The notes below the pieces were generated by a model, which did no database searches, had not been told where the DNA came from, and worked only from the letters and a program-made list of their open reading frames with translations. Made by a program: the position numbers and the translations under genes. Below, piece by piece: positions 46,547-61,275 of a DNA stretch of 64,000 bases. Source of the DNA: Escherichia coli (GTDB lineage: Bacteria; Pseudomonadota; Gammaproteobacteria; Enterobacterales; Enterobacteriaceae); the NCBI RefSeq assembly GCF_050920415.1, contig NZ_CP169309.1. One strand, 5' to 3'. Within the stretch, counting starts at the first letter, position 1, and the number at the start of each line of letters is the position of its first letter.

Positions 46547-47695
46547 GTGTCTGACGAGAGCGACGACAAAACAGAAGCCCCCACACCCCACCGACTTGAA
46601 AAAGCGCGGGAGGAGGGGCAGATCCCGCGTTCCCGTGAACTGACCTCACTGCTGATTTTGTTGGTGGGCGTCTGTGTTATCTGGTTTGGCGGTGTGTCGC
46701 TGGCCCGTCGATTGTCGGGCATGCTCTCCGCTGGGCTGCATTTTGATCACAGTATTATCAATGACCCGAATCTGATCCTCGGGCAGATTATTCTGCTGAT
46801 CAGAGAAGCCATGTTGGCGCTGCTGCCGCTGATTAGCGGCGTGGTGCTGGTGGCGCTCATTTCTCCGGTCATGCTGGGAGGGCTGGTATTTAGCGGAAAA
46901 TCCTTGCAGCCGAAGTTTTCCAAACTCAACCCGCTACCGGGGATTAAACGGATGTTCTCGGCACAGACTGGCGCGGAGTTGCTTAAAGCGATTTTGAAAA
47001 CCATCCTGGTTGGCAGCGTGACGGGGTTTTATCTCTGGCATCACTGGCCGCAGATGATGCGCTTAATGGCTGAGTCTCCGATTACCGCCATGGGTAATGC
47101 GATGGATCTGGTAGGGCTATGCGCGCTGCTGGTGGTACTTGGTGTTATTCCGATGGTGGGATTTGACGTCTTTTTCCAAATCTTCAGCCACCTGAAAAAG
47201 CTGCGAATGTCGCGGCAGGATATTCGTGATGAGTTCAAACAAAGCGAAGGCGATCCTCATGTTAAAGGGCGGATCCGTCAGATGCAGCGAGCTGCCGCGC
47301 GGCGTCGGATGATGGCCGATGTGCCGAAAGCGGATGTCATTGTCAATAACCCGACCCACTATTCGGTAGCGTTGCAGTATGACGAAAACAAAATGAGCGC
47401 ACCGAAAGTGGTCGCTAAAGGTGCAGGGCTGGTCGCACTGCGCATTCGTGAAATTGGCGCTGAAAATAACGTCCCGACGCTTGAAGCGCCGCCGCTGGCG
47501 CGAGCTCTGTATCGACATGCGGAGATCGGTCAACAAATCCCAGGCCAACTGTACGCCGCGGTGGCGGAGGTGCTGGCCTGGGTCTGGCAACTGAAACGCT
47601 GGCGTCTGGCTGGCGGACAGCGCCCTGTTCAACCTACTCATCTTCCGGTGCCGGAAGCCCTGGATTTTATTAACGAGAAACCGACCCATGAGTAA
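46547..47695 (+). CDS. flhB: flagellar type III export apparatus protein FlhB
   Basis: 382 aa, GTG start; autocleavage NPTH motif in VNNPTHY. Confidence 0.9.
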   Translation: MSDESDDKTEAPTPHRLEKAREEGQIPRSRELTSLLILLVGVCVIWFGGVSLARRLSGMLSAGLHFDHSIINDPNLILGQIILLIREAMLALLPLISGVVLVALISPVMLGGLVFSGKSLQPKFSKLNPLPGIKRMFSAQTGAELLKAILKTILVGSVTGFYLWHHWPQMMRLMAESPITAMGNAMDLVGLCALLVVLGVIPMVGFDVFFQIFSHLKKLRMSRQDIRDEFKQSEGDPHVKGRIRQMQRAAARRRMMADVPKADVIVNNPTHYSVALQYDENKMSAPKVVAKGAGLVALRIREIGAENNVPTLEAPPLARALYRHAEIGQQIPGQLYAAVAEVLAWVWQLKRWRLAGGQRPVQPTHLPVPEALDFINEKPTHE

Positions 47696-49766
47696 TCTGG
47701 CCGCGATGCTGCGCCTGCCCGCAAACCTGAAATCGACACAATGGCAGATCCTTGCCGGACCGATTTTGATCCTGTTGATCTTGTCGATGATGGTGCTGCC
47801 ACTGCCCGCATTCATACTCGACCTGCTGTTCACCTTCAATATTGCCTTGTCGATCATGGTGTTGCTGGTCGCGATGTTTACCCAGCGCACGCTCGAGTTT
47901 GCTGCGTTTCCGACCATTCTGTTGTTTACCACCCTGTTACGTCTGGCACTTAACGTGGCTTCAACCCGTATCATTTTGATGGAAGGGCATACTGGCGCGG
48001 CGGCGGCAGGGAAGGTGGTCGAAGCGTTCGGTCACTTCCTCGTTGGTGGCAATTTCGCTATCGGTATCGTGGTGTTCGTCATTCTCGTGATCATCAACTT
48101 TATGGTTATTACCAAAGGTGCCGGGCGTATCGCAGAAGTAGGCGCGCGCTTTGTTCTCGATGGTATGCCAGGAAAGCAGATGGCGATTGATGCCGACCTT
48201 AACGCCGGATTGATTGGTGAAGATGAGGCGAAAAAACGCCGCAGTGAAGTCACTCAGGAAGCCGATTTTTACGGCTCAATGGACGGGGCAAGTAAGTTTG
48301 TTCGCGGCGATGCCATCGCCGGGATCCTCATCATGGTCATTAACGTTGTCGGCGGATTGCTGGTCGGTGTGCTGCAACATGGCATGAGCATGGGACATGC
48401 GGCGGAAAGTTATACGCTATTGACCATTGGTGACGGTCTGGTAGCACAAATTCCGGCGCTGGTGATTTCTACCGCCGCGGGGGTTATCGTTACGCGCGTC
48501 AGCACTGATCAGGATGTTGGCGAACAGATGGTGAATCAGCTTTTCAGTAACCCGAGCGTTATGTTGTTAAGCGCCGCCGTGCTCGGTTTACTCGGCCTGG
48601 TGCCTGGAATGCCGAACCTGGTATTTTTGCTGTTCACTGCCGGATTGCTGGGGCTGGCCTGGTGGATCCGCGGACGCGAACAAAAAGCGCCTGCCGAACC
48701 AAAACCGGTAAAAATGGCAGAGAATAATGCCGTTGTCGAAGCAACGTGGAACGATGTTCAACTGGAAGATTCTCTGGGAATGGAAGTGGGTTATCGACTG
48801 ATCCCGATGGTCGATTTTCAGCAGGATGGTGAACTACTGGGTCGTATTCGCAGTATTCGCAAGAAATTTGCTCAGGAAATGGGCTTTCTGCCGCCGGTAG
48901 TACACATTCGCGACAATATGGATCTGCAACCTGCCCGCTACCGTATTTTGATGAAAGGCGTGGAGATAGGCAGTGGTGATGCATATCCGGGGCGCTGGTT
49001 GGCAATAAACCCAGGTACCGCAGCTGGAACGTTACCTGGAGAGGCGACCGTCGATCCGGCATTTGGTCTGAATGCTATCTGGATTGAAAGTGCGCTAAAA
49101 GAACAGGCGCAGATTCAAGGGTATACCGTGGTTGAGGCCAGCACGGTGGTGGCTACGCATCTTAACCACCTCATAAGCCAGCATGCCGCAGAGCTGTTTG
49201 GTCGTCAGGAGGCGCAACAGCTGCTGGATCGTGTCGCTCAGGAGATGCCAAAGCTGACGGAAGATCTCGTTCCTGGCGTCGTCACGCTCACCACACTGCA
49301 TAAAGTGCTGCAAAATCTCCTCGATGAAAAAGTCCCGATTCGCGATATGCGCACTATTCTCGAAACGCTGGCGGAACATGCGCCCATCCAAAGCGATCCA
49401 CATGAATTAACCGCCGTCGTGCGCGTGGCGTTAGGACGGGCTATAACCCAGCAGTGGTTTCCTGGCAAAGATGAAGTCCATGTTATTGGCCTCGATACAC
49501 CGCTGGAACGTTTGTTACTACAGGCCTTGCAGGGTGGGGGCGGACTGGAGCCTGGGCTGGCGGATCGTTTACTGGCACAAACTCAGGAAGCGCTATCCCG
49601 TCAGGAGATGCTGGGTGCGCCGCCAGTATTATTGGTGAACCACGCGCTGCGACCATTATTGTCTCGCTTCCTGCGTCGCAGCCTGCCGCAGTTAGTGGTG
49701 CTGTCGAATCTGGAACTATCAGATAACCGACATATCCGTATGACGGCGACGATTGGCGGCAAATAA
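47688..49766 (+). CDS. flhA: flagellar type III export apparatus protein FlhA
   Basis: 692 aa, overlaps flhB stop. Confidence 0.9.
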   Translation: MSNLAAMLRLPANLKSTQWQILAGPILILLILSMMVLPLPAFILDLLFTFNIALSIMVLLVAMFTQRTLEFAAFPTILLFTTLLRLALNVASTRIILMEGHTGAAAAGKVVEAFGHFLVGGNFAIGIVVFVILVIINFMVITKGAGRIAEVGARFVLDGMPGKQMAIDADLNAGLIGEDEAKKRRSEVTQEADFYGSMDGASKFVRGDAIAGILIMVINVVGGLLVGVLQHGMSMGHAAESYTLLTIGDGLVAQIPALVISTAAGVIVTRVSTDQDVGEQMVNQLFSNPSVMLLSAAVLGLLGLVPGMPNLVFLLFTAGLLGLAWWIRGREQKAPAEPKPVKMAENNAVVEATWNDVQLEDSLGMEVGYRLIPMVDFQQDGELLGRIRSIRKKFAQEMGFLPPVVHIRDNMDLQPARYRILMKGVEIGSGDAYPGRWLAINPGTAAGTLPGEATVDPAFGLNAIWIESALKEQAQIQGYTVVEASTVVATHLNHLISQHAAELFGRQEAQQLLDRVAQEMPKLTEDLVPGVVTLTTLHKVLQNLLDEKVPIRDMRTILETLAEHAPIQSDPHELTAVVRVALGRAITQQWFPGKDEVHVIGLDTPLERLLLQALQGGGGLEPGLADRLLAQTQEALSRQEMLGAPPVLLVNHALRPLLSRFLRRSLPQLVVLSNLELSDNRHIRMTATIGGK

Positions 49767-50158
49767 TGAGAGCCTTATTAGCAATATTATTGTTTCCGCT
49801 GCTGGCGCAAGCCGCCGGGGAGGGGATGTGGCAGGCGAGCAGTGTGGGCGTTACGTTGAATCACCGTGGTGAATCGATGTCGTCAGCGCCTCTTTCTTCG
49901 CGACAACCTGCATCAGGATTGATGACGCTGGTTGCGTGGCGTTATCAGCTTATCGGCCCAACTCCCGTAGGGCTGCGGGTTCGCTTGTGTTCACAATCTC
50001 GTTGTGTCGAATTAGAGGGGCAGAGCGGAACCACCGTGGCCTTTTCCGGTATACCGGCGGCAGAACCGTTGCGATTTATCTGGGAAGTGCCTGGCGGCGG
50101 GCGGTTAATTCCGCCGCTAAAAGTACAACGTAATGAAGTGATTGTGAATTATCGCTGA
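49766..50158 (+). CDS. flhE: flagellar protein FlhE
   Basis: 130 aa with signal peptide, directly after flhA. Confidence 0.85.
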   Translation: MRALLAILLFPLLAQAAGEGMWQASSVGVTLNHRGESMSSAPLSSRQPASGLMTLVAWRYQLIGPTPVGLRVRLCSQSRCVELEGQSGTTVAFSGIPAAEPLRFIWEVPGGGRLIPPLKVQRNEVIVNYR

Positions 50159-50278
50159 AGGACAAATAAAAATTACGCGCTCGCGGCATGTTTAATAACT
50201 CAGTGAAAAAGGCTCGATGTTTTATTGCAATTATTTATCAGGAATAGCTTGCAACAAAACATGCCAAAAATATGTGAA

Positions 50279-50788
50279 TTATCCTCTTGTCAAAGGGCTT
50301 GGATAAAAATCTTCAGAGTTACGGTATAACTGCAACTGGCGAGTTCGCGTATTGGTCTGTATGATCATACATGAGAGCCATTCTGATTCAGAATAAGGGT
50401 CACTTAAATCCTGAACGTCTTCATTTGAAAGGATTAATTCACATTCTTTGTCCCTAAAATCCAGCCAGGCTCGTTGTGATTTTTTAAGCAAGTTAAGTTG
50501 TTCGGTATCAGGTTTTTTGGCACCTGTGCGTGGTACTTGTTCTATATAACGATAAGCTTCACCATAAGCTTTATTTAATTGCGCATCGACGAGATTGTAT
50601 TCTTGTCGCAGGCATGATTTGATCACGTTAATGTCAGTATCATCATCTGAATTTTTTTGCCAACAATCTTTGATGGCTGAAATGTCATGGTCATTGACTA
50701 TAACCGTATCTTCTGCGTAAGCCTGGCAAGAGATAATGCCTAATGTTAATACAAGAAATTTAAACACTGCGGTATTCCTTAAATTCAA
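50279..50788 (-). CDS. yecT: uncharacterised periplasmic protein YecT
   Basis: 169-aa ORF with N-terminal signal-like segment, AT-rich; conserved position between flhE and argS; start uncertain. Confidence 0.6.
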   Translation of the reverse strand: MNLRNTAVFKFLVLTLGIISCQAYAEDTVIVNDHDISAIKDCWQKNSDDDTDINVIKSCLRQEYNLVDAQLNKAYGEAYRYIEQVPRTGAKKPDTEQLNLLKKSQRAWLDFRDKECELILSNEDVQDLSDPYSESEWLSCMIIQTNTRTRQLQLYRNSEDFYPSPLTRG

Positions 50789-50943
50789 CCGTTATCGTTT
50801 CCCTGGGGCCGGATATTACGCTTCTGGCCTCTTATCCAACAGTGAGAAAACAGTGGCATGTCCATTTTCAGAATACATTTAGATGGCAATAAAAAAGCCT
50901 GATCAGGTAACCCTGATCAGGCTTCACTCTCACGAAAAATCGA

Positions 50944-52677
50944 TTACATACGCTCTACTGTCTCAATACCCAGCGTATCCAGGCCCAGCTTCAGCGTCTT
51001 CGCCGTCAGTTGTGCCAGTTTCAGACGACTGTTACGCACTTCTTCGTTTTCTGCGCTGAGGATCGGGCAGTGCTCGTAGAAGCCAGAGAACAGACCGGCC
51101 AGATCGTACAGGTAAGCACACATCACGTGCGGCGTGCCTTCACGGGCAACCACAGTGAGGGTTTCTTCAAACTGCAGCAGGCGAGCTGCCAGTTGCGCTT
51201 CACGATCTTCACGGATGATTACCGGAGCTGCAGCCAGTTGCTCTTCGTCAATTTCTGCTTTACGGAACACGGACAATACACGCGTGTAAGCATACTGCAT
51301 GTATGGCGCGGTATTACCCTCAAACGCCAGCATGTTGTCCCAGTCGAAGATGTAGTCAGTGGTACGGTTTTTGGAGAGATCTGCGTATTTAACCGCACCA
51401 ATACCAACCGCATTAGCCAGTTTTTCCAGCTCATCGGCTGGCATATCCGGGTTCTTCTCTGCCACCAGACGGCGTGCGCGTTCCAGGGCTTCATCCAGCA
51501 GATCGGCCAGTTTCACCGTACCGCCAGCACGCGTTTTGAACGGTTTGCCGTCTTTGCCCAGCATCATGCCGAACATATGGTGTTCCAGCGGTACGGATTC
51601 CGGCACATAGCCTGCTTTACGGACGATCGCCCACGCCTGCATCAGGTGTTGATGCTGACGGGAGTCGATGTAATACAGCACGCGATCGGCATGCAATGTT
51701 TCATAACGATATTTCGCACAGGCGATATCAGTGGTGGTGTAGAGATAGCCACCATCTTTCTTCTGAATGATCACGCCCATCGGTTCGCCTTCCTTGTTTT
51801 TGAACTCATCAAGGAATACGACGGTTGCGCCTTCGCTTTCTACAGCCAGACCTTTGGCTTTGAGATCAGCCACGATACCCGGCAGCATCGGGTTGTACAG
51901 GCTTTCGCCCATCACGTCATCACGAGTCAGCGTCACGTTCAGACGATCGTAGGTGATCTGGTTCTGCGTCATGGTGATGTCGACCAGTTTGCGCCACATC
52001 TCACGGAAGTATTCGTCACCGCTTTGCAGTTTTACCACGTAGTTACGTGCACGCTCAGCGAACGCTTCATCTTCATCGTAATGCTTTTTCGCATCGCGGT
52101 AGAAACCTTCAAGATCAGCCAGCTCCATTTCACCGGCATTTTCCTGCTGCTGCTTTTCCAGCCATGCAATCAGCATACCGAACTGAGTGCCCCAGTCGCC
52201 GACGTGGTTTGCGCGAATCACTTTGTGACCGAGGAACTCCAGAGTACGCACTGTTGCGTCGCCAATAATGGTAGAGCGCAGGTGACCGACGTGCATCTCT
52301 TTCGCCACGTTTGGCGCAGAGTAGTCAACTACAATGGTCTGTTTTTCTGGCGTAGCAACACCGAGACGATCGGACGCCAGCGCCTGCTGAACATGTTCAG
52401 CCAGGAATGCCGGATCAAGGAAAATGTTGATAAAGCCTGGTCCGGCGATCTCAACCTTGCTGGCGATACCGTTAAGATCCAGATGAGTCAGCACCTGCTC
52501 TGCTAATTGTCGCGGTGCCATACCCAGTTTTTTAGCAACTGCCATCATGCCGTTAGCCTGATAGTCGCCGAACTGAACTTTTGCTGACTGACGAACCTGC
52601 GGTTCGCAATCCGCAGGCGCGCCTGCCGCAATCATGGCCTGACGGACTTTTTCTGAGAGAAGAGCCTGAATATTCAC
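50944..52677 (-). CDS. argS: arginine--tRNA ligase
   Basis: 577 aa; class I HIGH motif as HVGH. Confidence 0.9.
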   Translation of the reverse strand: MNIQALLSEKVRQAMIAAGAPADCEPQVRQSAKVQFGDYQANGMMAVAKKLGMAPRQLAEQVLTHLDLNGIASKVEIAGPGFINIFLDPAFLAEHVQQALASDRLGVATPEKQTIVVDYSAPNVAKEMHVGHLRSTIIGDATVRTLEFLGHKVIRANHVGDWGTQFGMLIAWLEKQQQENAGEMELADLEGFYRDAKKHYDEDEAFAERARNYVVKLQSGDEYFREMWRKLVDITMTQNQITYDRLNVTLTRDDVMGESLYNPMLPGIVADLKAKGLAVESEGATVVFLDEFKNKEGEPMGVIIQKKDGGYLYTTTDIACAKYRYETLHADRVLYYIDSRQHQHLMQAWAIVRKAGYVPESVPLEHHMFGMMLGKDGKPFKTRAGGTVKLADLLDEALERARRLVAEKNPDMPADELEKLANAVGIGAVKYADLSKNRTTDYIFDWDNMLAFEGNTAPYMQYAYTRVLSVFRKAEIDEEQLAAAPVIIREDREAQLAARLLQFEETLTVVAREGTPHVMCAYLYDLAGLFSGFYEHCPILSAENEEVRNSRLKLAQLTAKTLKLGLDTLGIETVERM

Positions 52678-52892
52678 CGGAATACCTTACATTGATGAAG
52701 CGAGCAAAAATTGCCCGCACCAGTTAAAGAAATTAGGGCGGGAGTATACTGCAAATGGCTGTTTTCGTCAGCAACGTGCGCGTGGCGTATTGCCGTTTTC
52801 ACCATTGCATCAGAAGCGGCGTGAAATCAGCGGTTGGTTGGCGCAGGGCAACAGGGTAAATTAACGCTTTTACTGAAAGACGAAGAGTGATT

Positions 52893-53459
52893 ATGGCGAA
52901 CTGGCAATCTATCGACGAGCTGCAGGATATTGCATTGGATTTACCGCGATTTACCCACGCATTAGATGAACTTTCTCGCCGTCTTGGGCTGGATATCACT
53001 CCGCTGACTGCCGATCACATTTCTTTGCGTTGCCATCAAAACGTTACCGCTGAACGCTGGCGTCATGGGTTTGAACAGTGCGGCGAGCTTTTGTCAGAAA
53101 ATATGATCAAGGGCAGGCCGATTTGTCTGTTTAAATTGCATGAACCGGTACAGGTGGCTCACTGGCAGTTTTCAATTGTAGAGCTACCGTGGCCTGGGGA
53201 AAAACGTTACCCGCACGAAGGTTGGGAACATATTGAAATCGTTCTGCCAGGTGATCCTGAAACGTTGAATGCCCGTGCGCTGGCATTGCTTTCTGATAAA
53301 GGACTCAGCCTTCCGGGGATCTCGGTTAAAACCAGTTCGCCAAAAGGTGAGCATGAGCGATTACCGAATCCGACGCTGGCGGTCACCGATGGCAAAACGA
53401 CCATTAAATTTCATCCGTGGTCCATTGAAGAGATCGTTGCCAGCGAGCAGTCGGCGTAA
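52893..53459 (+). CDS. yecM: VOC-family protein YecM
   Basis: 188 aa starting MANWQSIDELQD, divergent from argS. Confidence 0.8.
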   Translation: MANWQSIDELQDIALDLPRFTHALDELSRRLGLDITPLTADHISLRCHQNVTAERWRHGFEQCGELLSENMIKGRPICLFKLHEPVQVAHWQFSIVELPWPGEKRYPHEGWEHIEIVLPGDPETLNARALALLSDKGLSLPGISVKTSSPKGEHERLPNPTLAVTDGKTTIKFHPWSIEEIVASEQSA

Positions 53460-53463
53460 TTAA

Positions 53464-54219
<756 letters not shown>

Positions 54220-54265
54220 TTTTTACCGTTGCATCATGTCGCCCAATATGATGCTTGCTCGTACC

Positions 54266-54299
54266 AGGCCCCTGCAATTTCAACAGGGGCCTTTTTTTA
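54266..54299 (+). terminator. rho-independent terminator after cutC
   Basis: Perfect 9-bp stem AGGCCCCTG/CAGGGGCCT with 9-nt loop followed by TTTTTTT. Confidence 0.65.
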
Positions 54300-54604
54300 T
54301 CCCCGAAAAGTATAAAAAACGAACGATTTCTGTGATCAGTTGAGCGCGTGACAGTGCGCATAGCGTTGTGCTAAAAATTTTTATATATTCATATTAATTA
54401 TGTAATTTAAATTACTAAAACTGACAAATATATATTCTAAATAACAACTGGGTTATTCCTTAGCAATTAATGATTACATTGTAATAAATCATATTCTTTA
54501 TCGATTATTTCAGGCAGTGTTGTGCCGAATTATGCAAGCGGTCAATTCGTTGTATATTTAATTATACAATGTTTTCGGTGTTCTGGAATTAATTAGAGGA
54601 ATCT

Positions 54605-55705
54605 ATGCGAGGGAAAAAACGCATTGGGTTATTATTTTTGCTGATAACGGTTGTGGTTGGTGGCGGCGGGTTATTACTGGCGCAAAAAGCCTTACATAAA
54701 ACGTCGGATACCGCATTTTGCCTTTCCTGCCACTCGATGAGTAAACCTTTTGAGGAATATCAGGGAACTGTCCACTTTTCTAACCAGAAAGGGATACGTG
54801 CGGAATGTGCCGATTGCCATATTCCAAAGTCAGGGGCGGATTATTTATTTGCTAAATTAAAAGCTTCTAAAGATATTTATCATGAATTTGTTAGTGGCAA
54901 AATAGACAGTGACGATAAGTTCGAAGCGCATCGTCAGGAAATGGCCGAAACAGTATGGAAAGAATTAAAAGCAACTGATTCTGCAACGTGTCGTAGTTGC
55001 CATTCTTTTGATGCCATGGATATTGCCTCGCAAAGTGAATCTGCGCAGAAAATGCATAACAAAGCGCAAAAGGACGGCGAAACCTGTATCGATTGTCATA
55101 AAGGCATTGCCCATTTTCCACCACAAATAAAAATGGATGACAACGCGGCGCATGAGCTGGAAAGTCAGGCCGCTACTTCAGTTACCAATGGCGCACATAT
55201 TTATCCTTTCAAAACTTCTCGCATAGGCGAGCTGGCTACCGTGAATCCTGGTACCGATCTCACCGTCGTTGATGCCAGTGGCAAACAGCCGATCGTTCTG
55301 TTGCAGGGTTATCAAATGCAGGGCAGTGAAAACACGCTCTACCTGGCGGCAGGTCAACGGCTGGCGCTAGCCACATTAAGTGAAGAAGGTATCAAGGCGT
55401 TAACGGTAAACGGGGAATGGCAGGCTGACGAATACGGCAATCAATGGCGTCAGGCGTCTTTACAGGGTGTGCTTACCGATCCCGCATTAGCGGACCGTAA
55501 ACCGCTATGGCAATACGCTGAAAAACTTGACGATACCTATTGCGCTGGTTGCCATGCCCCTATTGCCTCCGACCATTACACCGTCAATGCATGGCCGTCC
55601 ATTGCCAAAGGAATGGGTGCGCGAACCAGCATGAGCGAAAACGAACTGGACATTTTGACGCGGTACTTCCAGTACAACGCCAAAGATATTACCGAGAAAC
55701 AGTGA
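54605..55705 (+). CDS. torY: membrane-anchored pentahaem c-type cytochrome TorY
   Basis: 366 aa; N-terminal anchor and five CxxCH motifs (CLSCH, CADCH, CRSCH, CIDCH, CAGCH). Confidence 0.85.
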   Translation: MRGKKRIGLLFLLITVVVGGGGLLLAQKALHKTSDTAFCLSCHSMSKPFEEYQGTVHFSNQKGIRAECADCHIPKSGADYLFAKLKASKDIYHEFVSGKIDSDDKFEAHRQEMAETVWKELKATDSATCRSCHSFDAMDIASQSESAQKMHNKAQKDGETCIDCHKGIAHFPPQIKMDDNAAHELESQAATSVTNGAHIYPFKTSRIGELATVNPGTDLTVVDASGKQPIVLLQGYQMQGSENTLYLAAGQRLALATLSEEGIKALTVNGEWQADEYGNQWRQASLQGVLTDPALADRKPLWQYAEKLDDTYCAGCHAPIASDHYTVNAWPSIAKGMGARTSMSENELDILTRYFQYNAKDITEKQ

Positions 55706-55729
55706 TCCTCGTTGATCAGGGAGGAAGTT

Positions 55730-58159
55730 ATGACATTAACAAGACGTGAATTTATTAAACACAGCGGTATTGCCGCTGGGGCGCTGGTGGTGACATCGGC
55801 TGCACCGTTACCTGCATGGGCAGAAGAGAAGGGCGGCAAAATCCTCACCGCAGGCCGTTGGGGAGCGATGAACGTAGAAGTGAAGGACGGCAAGATTGTT
55901 TCTTCGACAGGCGCGCTGGCGAAAACCATACCGAACTCCTTACAGTCTACGGCGGCTGATCAGGTACATACAACGGCGCGTATTCAGCATCCGATGGTGA
56001 GAAAAAGCTATCTCGATAATCCACTACAACCGGCGAAAGGTCGTGGCGAAGATACTTATGTACAGGTGAGCTGGGAACAAGCATTAAAACTTATTCATGA
56101 TCAACACGATCGCATTCGCAAAGCTAACGGACCATCGGCCATTTTTGCCGGATCTTACGGCTGGCGCTCTTCTGGCGTGTTACATAAAGCGCAAACCTTA
56201 CTGCAACGTTATATGAATCTTGCGGGCGGTTATTCAGGGCATAGCGGCGATTATTCAACCGGGGCGGCACAGGTGATCATGCCGCATGTGGTGGGTTCCG
56301 TGGAGGTGTATGAACAGCAGACCTCCTGGCCGCTGATTCTGGAAAACAGCCAGGTTGTGGTGCTGTGGGGGATGAACCCGCTGAATACCTTAAAAATTGC
56401 CTGGAGCAGTACCGATGAGCAAGGGCTGGAATACTTCCATCAGCTGAAAAAATCTGGCAAACCAGTGATTGCCATTGATCCTATCCGCTCCGAAACCATC
56501 GAATTCTTTGGCAATAATGCCACCTGGATCGCGCCGAATATGGGCACCGACGTGGCACTGATGTTAGGGATTGCACATACCCTGATGACACTAGGCAAAC
56601 ACGATAAAGTGTTCCTTGAAAAATACACCACCGGGTATCCGCAGTTTGAAGAGTATCTGACAGGTAAGAGCGATAAAACGCCGAAGAGCGCGGCCTGGGC
56701 GGCGGAAATTACTGGCGTAGCGGAAGCGCAGATAGTCAAACTCGCTGAACTGATGGCGGCAAATCGCACAATGCTGATGGCAGGCTGGGGAATTCAGCGC
56801 CAGCAATATGGTGAACAGAAACACTGGATGCTGGTGACGCTGGCGGCGATGTTAGGGCAGATTGGTACACCGGGCGGCGGGTTTGGTTTCTCTTATCATT
56901 ACTCAAACGGTGGCAACCCGACGCGTGTTGGCGGAGTGCTGCCGGAAATGTCTGCGGCGATTGCCGGACAGGCCAGCGAGGCCGCTGATGATGGCGGAAT
57001 GACGGCGATTCCTGTTGCCCGTATCGTCGATGCGCTGGAAAATCCTGGCGGCAAATATCAGCATAACGGTAAAGAACAAACGTATCCGAATATCAAAATG
57101 ATCTGGTGGGCGGGTGGCGGTAACTTTACCCATCACCAGGATACTAATCGTCTGATTAAAGCATGGCAGAAACCGGAGATGATCGTCGTTTCTGAATGCT
57201 ACTGGACCGCAGCTGCTAAACATGCAGATATCGTATTACCGATCACCACATCGTTTGAGCGCAATGACTTGACGATGACCGGTGATTACAGCAACCAGCA
57301 TATTGTACCGATGAAGCAGGCTGTCGCTGCGCAATTTGAAGCGCGTAACGATTTTGATGTGTTTGCCGATCTTGCTGAATTACTCAAACCTGGCGGAAAA
57401 GAGATCTATACCGAAGGTAGAGATGAAATGGCGTGGCTGAAATTTTTCTATGATGCCGCTCAGAAAGGTGCGCGTGCGCAACGCGTGACTATGCCGATGT
57501 TTAATGCTTTCTGGCAGCAAAATAAACTGATCGAAATGCGCCGCAGCGAGAAGAACGAACAGTACGTTCGTTATGCTGATTTCCGCGCCGATCCGGTGAA
57601 AAATGCGCTGGGTACGCCAAGCGGCAAAATTGAGATTTACTCCAAAACGCTGGAAAAATTTGGCTATAAGGATTGCCCGGCACACCCAACCTGGCTTGCG
57701 CCTGATGAGTGGAAAGGTTCCGCCGACGAGAAGCAGTTGCAGCTTCTGACCGCACATCCGGCACACCGTTTACACAGTCAGCTTAACTATGCGGAACTGC
57801 GTAAAAAATATGCGGTTGCCGATCGTGAACCGATCACTATTCACACCGAAGATGCTGCTCGCTTTGGTATTGCGAATGGCGATCTGGTGCGTGTCTGGAA
57901 CAAACGTGGTCAGATTCTGACAGGCGCGGTGGTGACTGACGGGATCAAAAAAGGCGTGGTATGCGTGCATGAAGGTGCATGGCCAGATCTGGAAAATGGC
58001 TTGTGTAAAAACGGCAGTGCGAACGTGTTAACGGCGGATATCCCCAGCTCTCAGCTGGCAAATGCCTGTGCCGGTAACTCTGCGCTGGTGTATATCGAAA
58101 AATATACGGGCAATGCACCGAAGTTAACGGCGTTTGATCAGCCAGCTGTTCAGGCATAA
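55730..58159 (+). CDS. torZ: TMAO/N-oxide reductase catalytic subunit TorZ (molybdopterin enzyme)
   Basis: 809 aa with twin-arginine signal [19 protein letters not shown]. Confidence 0.85.
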   Translation: MTLTRREFIKHSGIAAGALVVTSAAPLPAWAEEKGGKILTAGRWGAMNVEVKDGKIVSSTGALAKTIPNSLQSTAADQVHTTARIQHPMVRKSYLDNPLQPAKGRGEDTYVQVSWEQALKLIHDQHDRIRKANGPSAIFAGSYGWRSSGVLHKAQTLLQRYMNLAGGYSGHSGDYSTGAAQVIMPHVVGSVEVYEQQTSWPLILENSQVVVLWGMNPLNTLKIAWSSTDEQGLEYFHQLKKSGKPVIAIDPIRSETIEFFGNNATWIAPNMGTDVALMLGIAHTLMTLGKHDKVFLEKYTTGYPQFEEYLTGKSDKTPKSAAWAAEITGVAEAQIVKLAELMAANRTMLMAGWGIQRQQYGEQKHWMLVTLAAMLGQIGTPGGGFGFSYHYSNGGNPTRVGGVLPEMSAAIAGQASEAADDGGMTAIPVARIVDALENPGGKYQHNGKEQTYPNIKMIWWAGGGNFTHHQDTNRLIKAWQKPEMIVVSECYWTAAAKHADIVLPITTSFERNDLTMTGDYSNQHIVPMKQAVAAQFEARNDFDVFADLAELLKPGGKEIYTEGRDEMAWLKFFYDAAQKGARAQRVTMPMFNAFWQQNKLIEMRRSEKNEQYVRYADFRADPVKNALGTPSGKIEIYSKTLEKFGYKDCPAHPTWLAPDEWKGSADEKQLQLLTAHPAHRLHSQLNYAELRKKYAVADREPITIHTEDAARFGIANGDLVRVWNKRGQILTGAVVTDGIKKGVVCVHEGAWPDLENGLCKNGSANVLTADIPSSQLANACAGNSALVYIEKYTGNAPKLTAFDQPAVQA

Positions 58160-58210
58160 GACGTGAAAAGCGCCCGGAAACGGGCGCTGAGGTTATGCAA
58201 ACGTAAAACT

Positions 58211-58310
58211 GCCTGATGCGCTATGCTTATCAGACCTACATAGTCCCTGCAACATATTGAATTAAAAAGGCTTTGTAGGCCGGATAAGGCGTTCACGCCG
58301 CATCCGGCAG
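58211..58310. repeat. REP/BIME elements between torZ and cmoB
   Basis: GCCTGATGCGCTATGCTTATCAGACCTACA and TGTAGGCCGGATAAGGCGTTCACGCCGCATCCGGCA are canonical REP units in inverted orientation. Confidence 0.6.
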
Positions 58311-58323
58311 TAATACCAGACCT

Positions 58324-60471
<2,148 letters not shown>

Positions 60472-60523
60472 ACAAACTCCCTTTAAAATGGCCGATGGCA
60501 CCTGTCTATGATAGGTGGCAAAT

Positions 60524-61249
60524 TCAGAAAAGAGAAGATTGCTGTGGAATAGCCGGAACTGCTCCGATCTCTGGAAGTGTTTTACGTAAGCCTTCCCACA
60601 GGGTATGTACCAGTTCCGGTGCCTGGGCAATATCTGGCGTATGTAAAAAAAGATAAGGCGTAGTGGTCTGATGCCACTGCGCTAATTTTTGTAACCAAAC
60701 CTGAAACAACTCTCGGTTTTGCGTCATATCATCACTACCGATAAAACGGATCAGCGGATTTGTCGCCGTCAGCACAGCATGTACGGGAACTTTAGGTTTT
60801 TTCCGTTGAGCGTCGCGAATAGCTTCACTGTGTGGGCGTGCTGCATGAACCGGGCGGCTGTCTAAAATCACCCGATTAACGCCGCGCTGATGTAAACCGC
60901 GATTAAGTGTTTGTTCCTCTTCCCCTTTGGCGAAAAACTGTGGATGGCGGACTTCCACACCATAATTAAACTCGCCGGGAAGAGAGTCGAGAAAATGCCA
61001 AAGCGCAGGCAGATCCCGTGGGCCAAATGTGGCAGGCAGTTGCAGCCAGTATTGCCCAATGCGCGGCGCTAACGGTGACAAGCGAGTCAAAAATTCAGTT
61101 ACTAAATCATCGCAATGCCGTAATGCTGCCTGATGCGAAATGGTCGCCGGAAACTTAAAACAGAAGCGAAAATTATCTGTGGTCTGCTCACGCCAGCGCA
61201 GGACAACCTCGGATTTCGGCAGGGCGTAAAGCGTGGTGTTGCCCTCCAC
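60524..61249 (-). pseudogene. yecE: yecE (DUF72) lacking its native 5' end; interrupted by prophage insertion
   Basis: Reading frame stays open and yecE-like upstream of the GTG at 61249 (..LAFNTRHVNCVEGNTTLYALPK) until it runs into the integrase 3' end around 61260-61300; N-terminal about 30 codons and promoter are not present here. Confidence 0.55.
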
Positions 61250-61275
61250 ACAGTTAACATGACGGGTATTAAAGG

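Noticed and set aside
47117-47974. 285-aa minus-strand ORF
   Set aside because: Antisense across the flhB/flhA junction; both flagellar genes are well supported
51010-52506. 498-aa plus-strand ORF
   Set aside because: Antisense to argS, whose product is clearly recognisable (HVGH motif); His/Val/Phe-rich artefact
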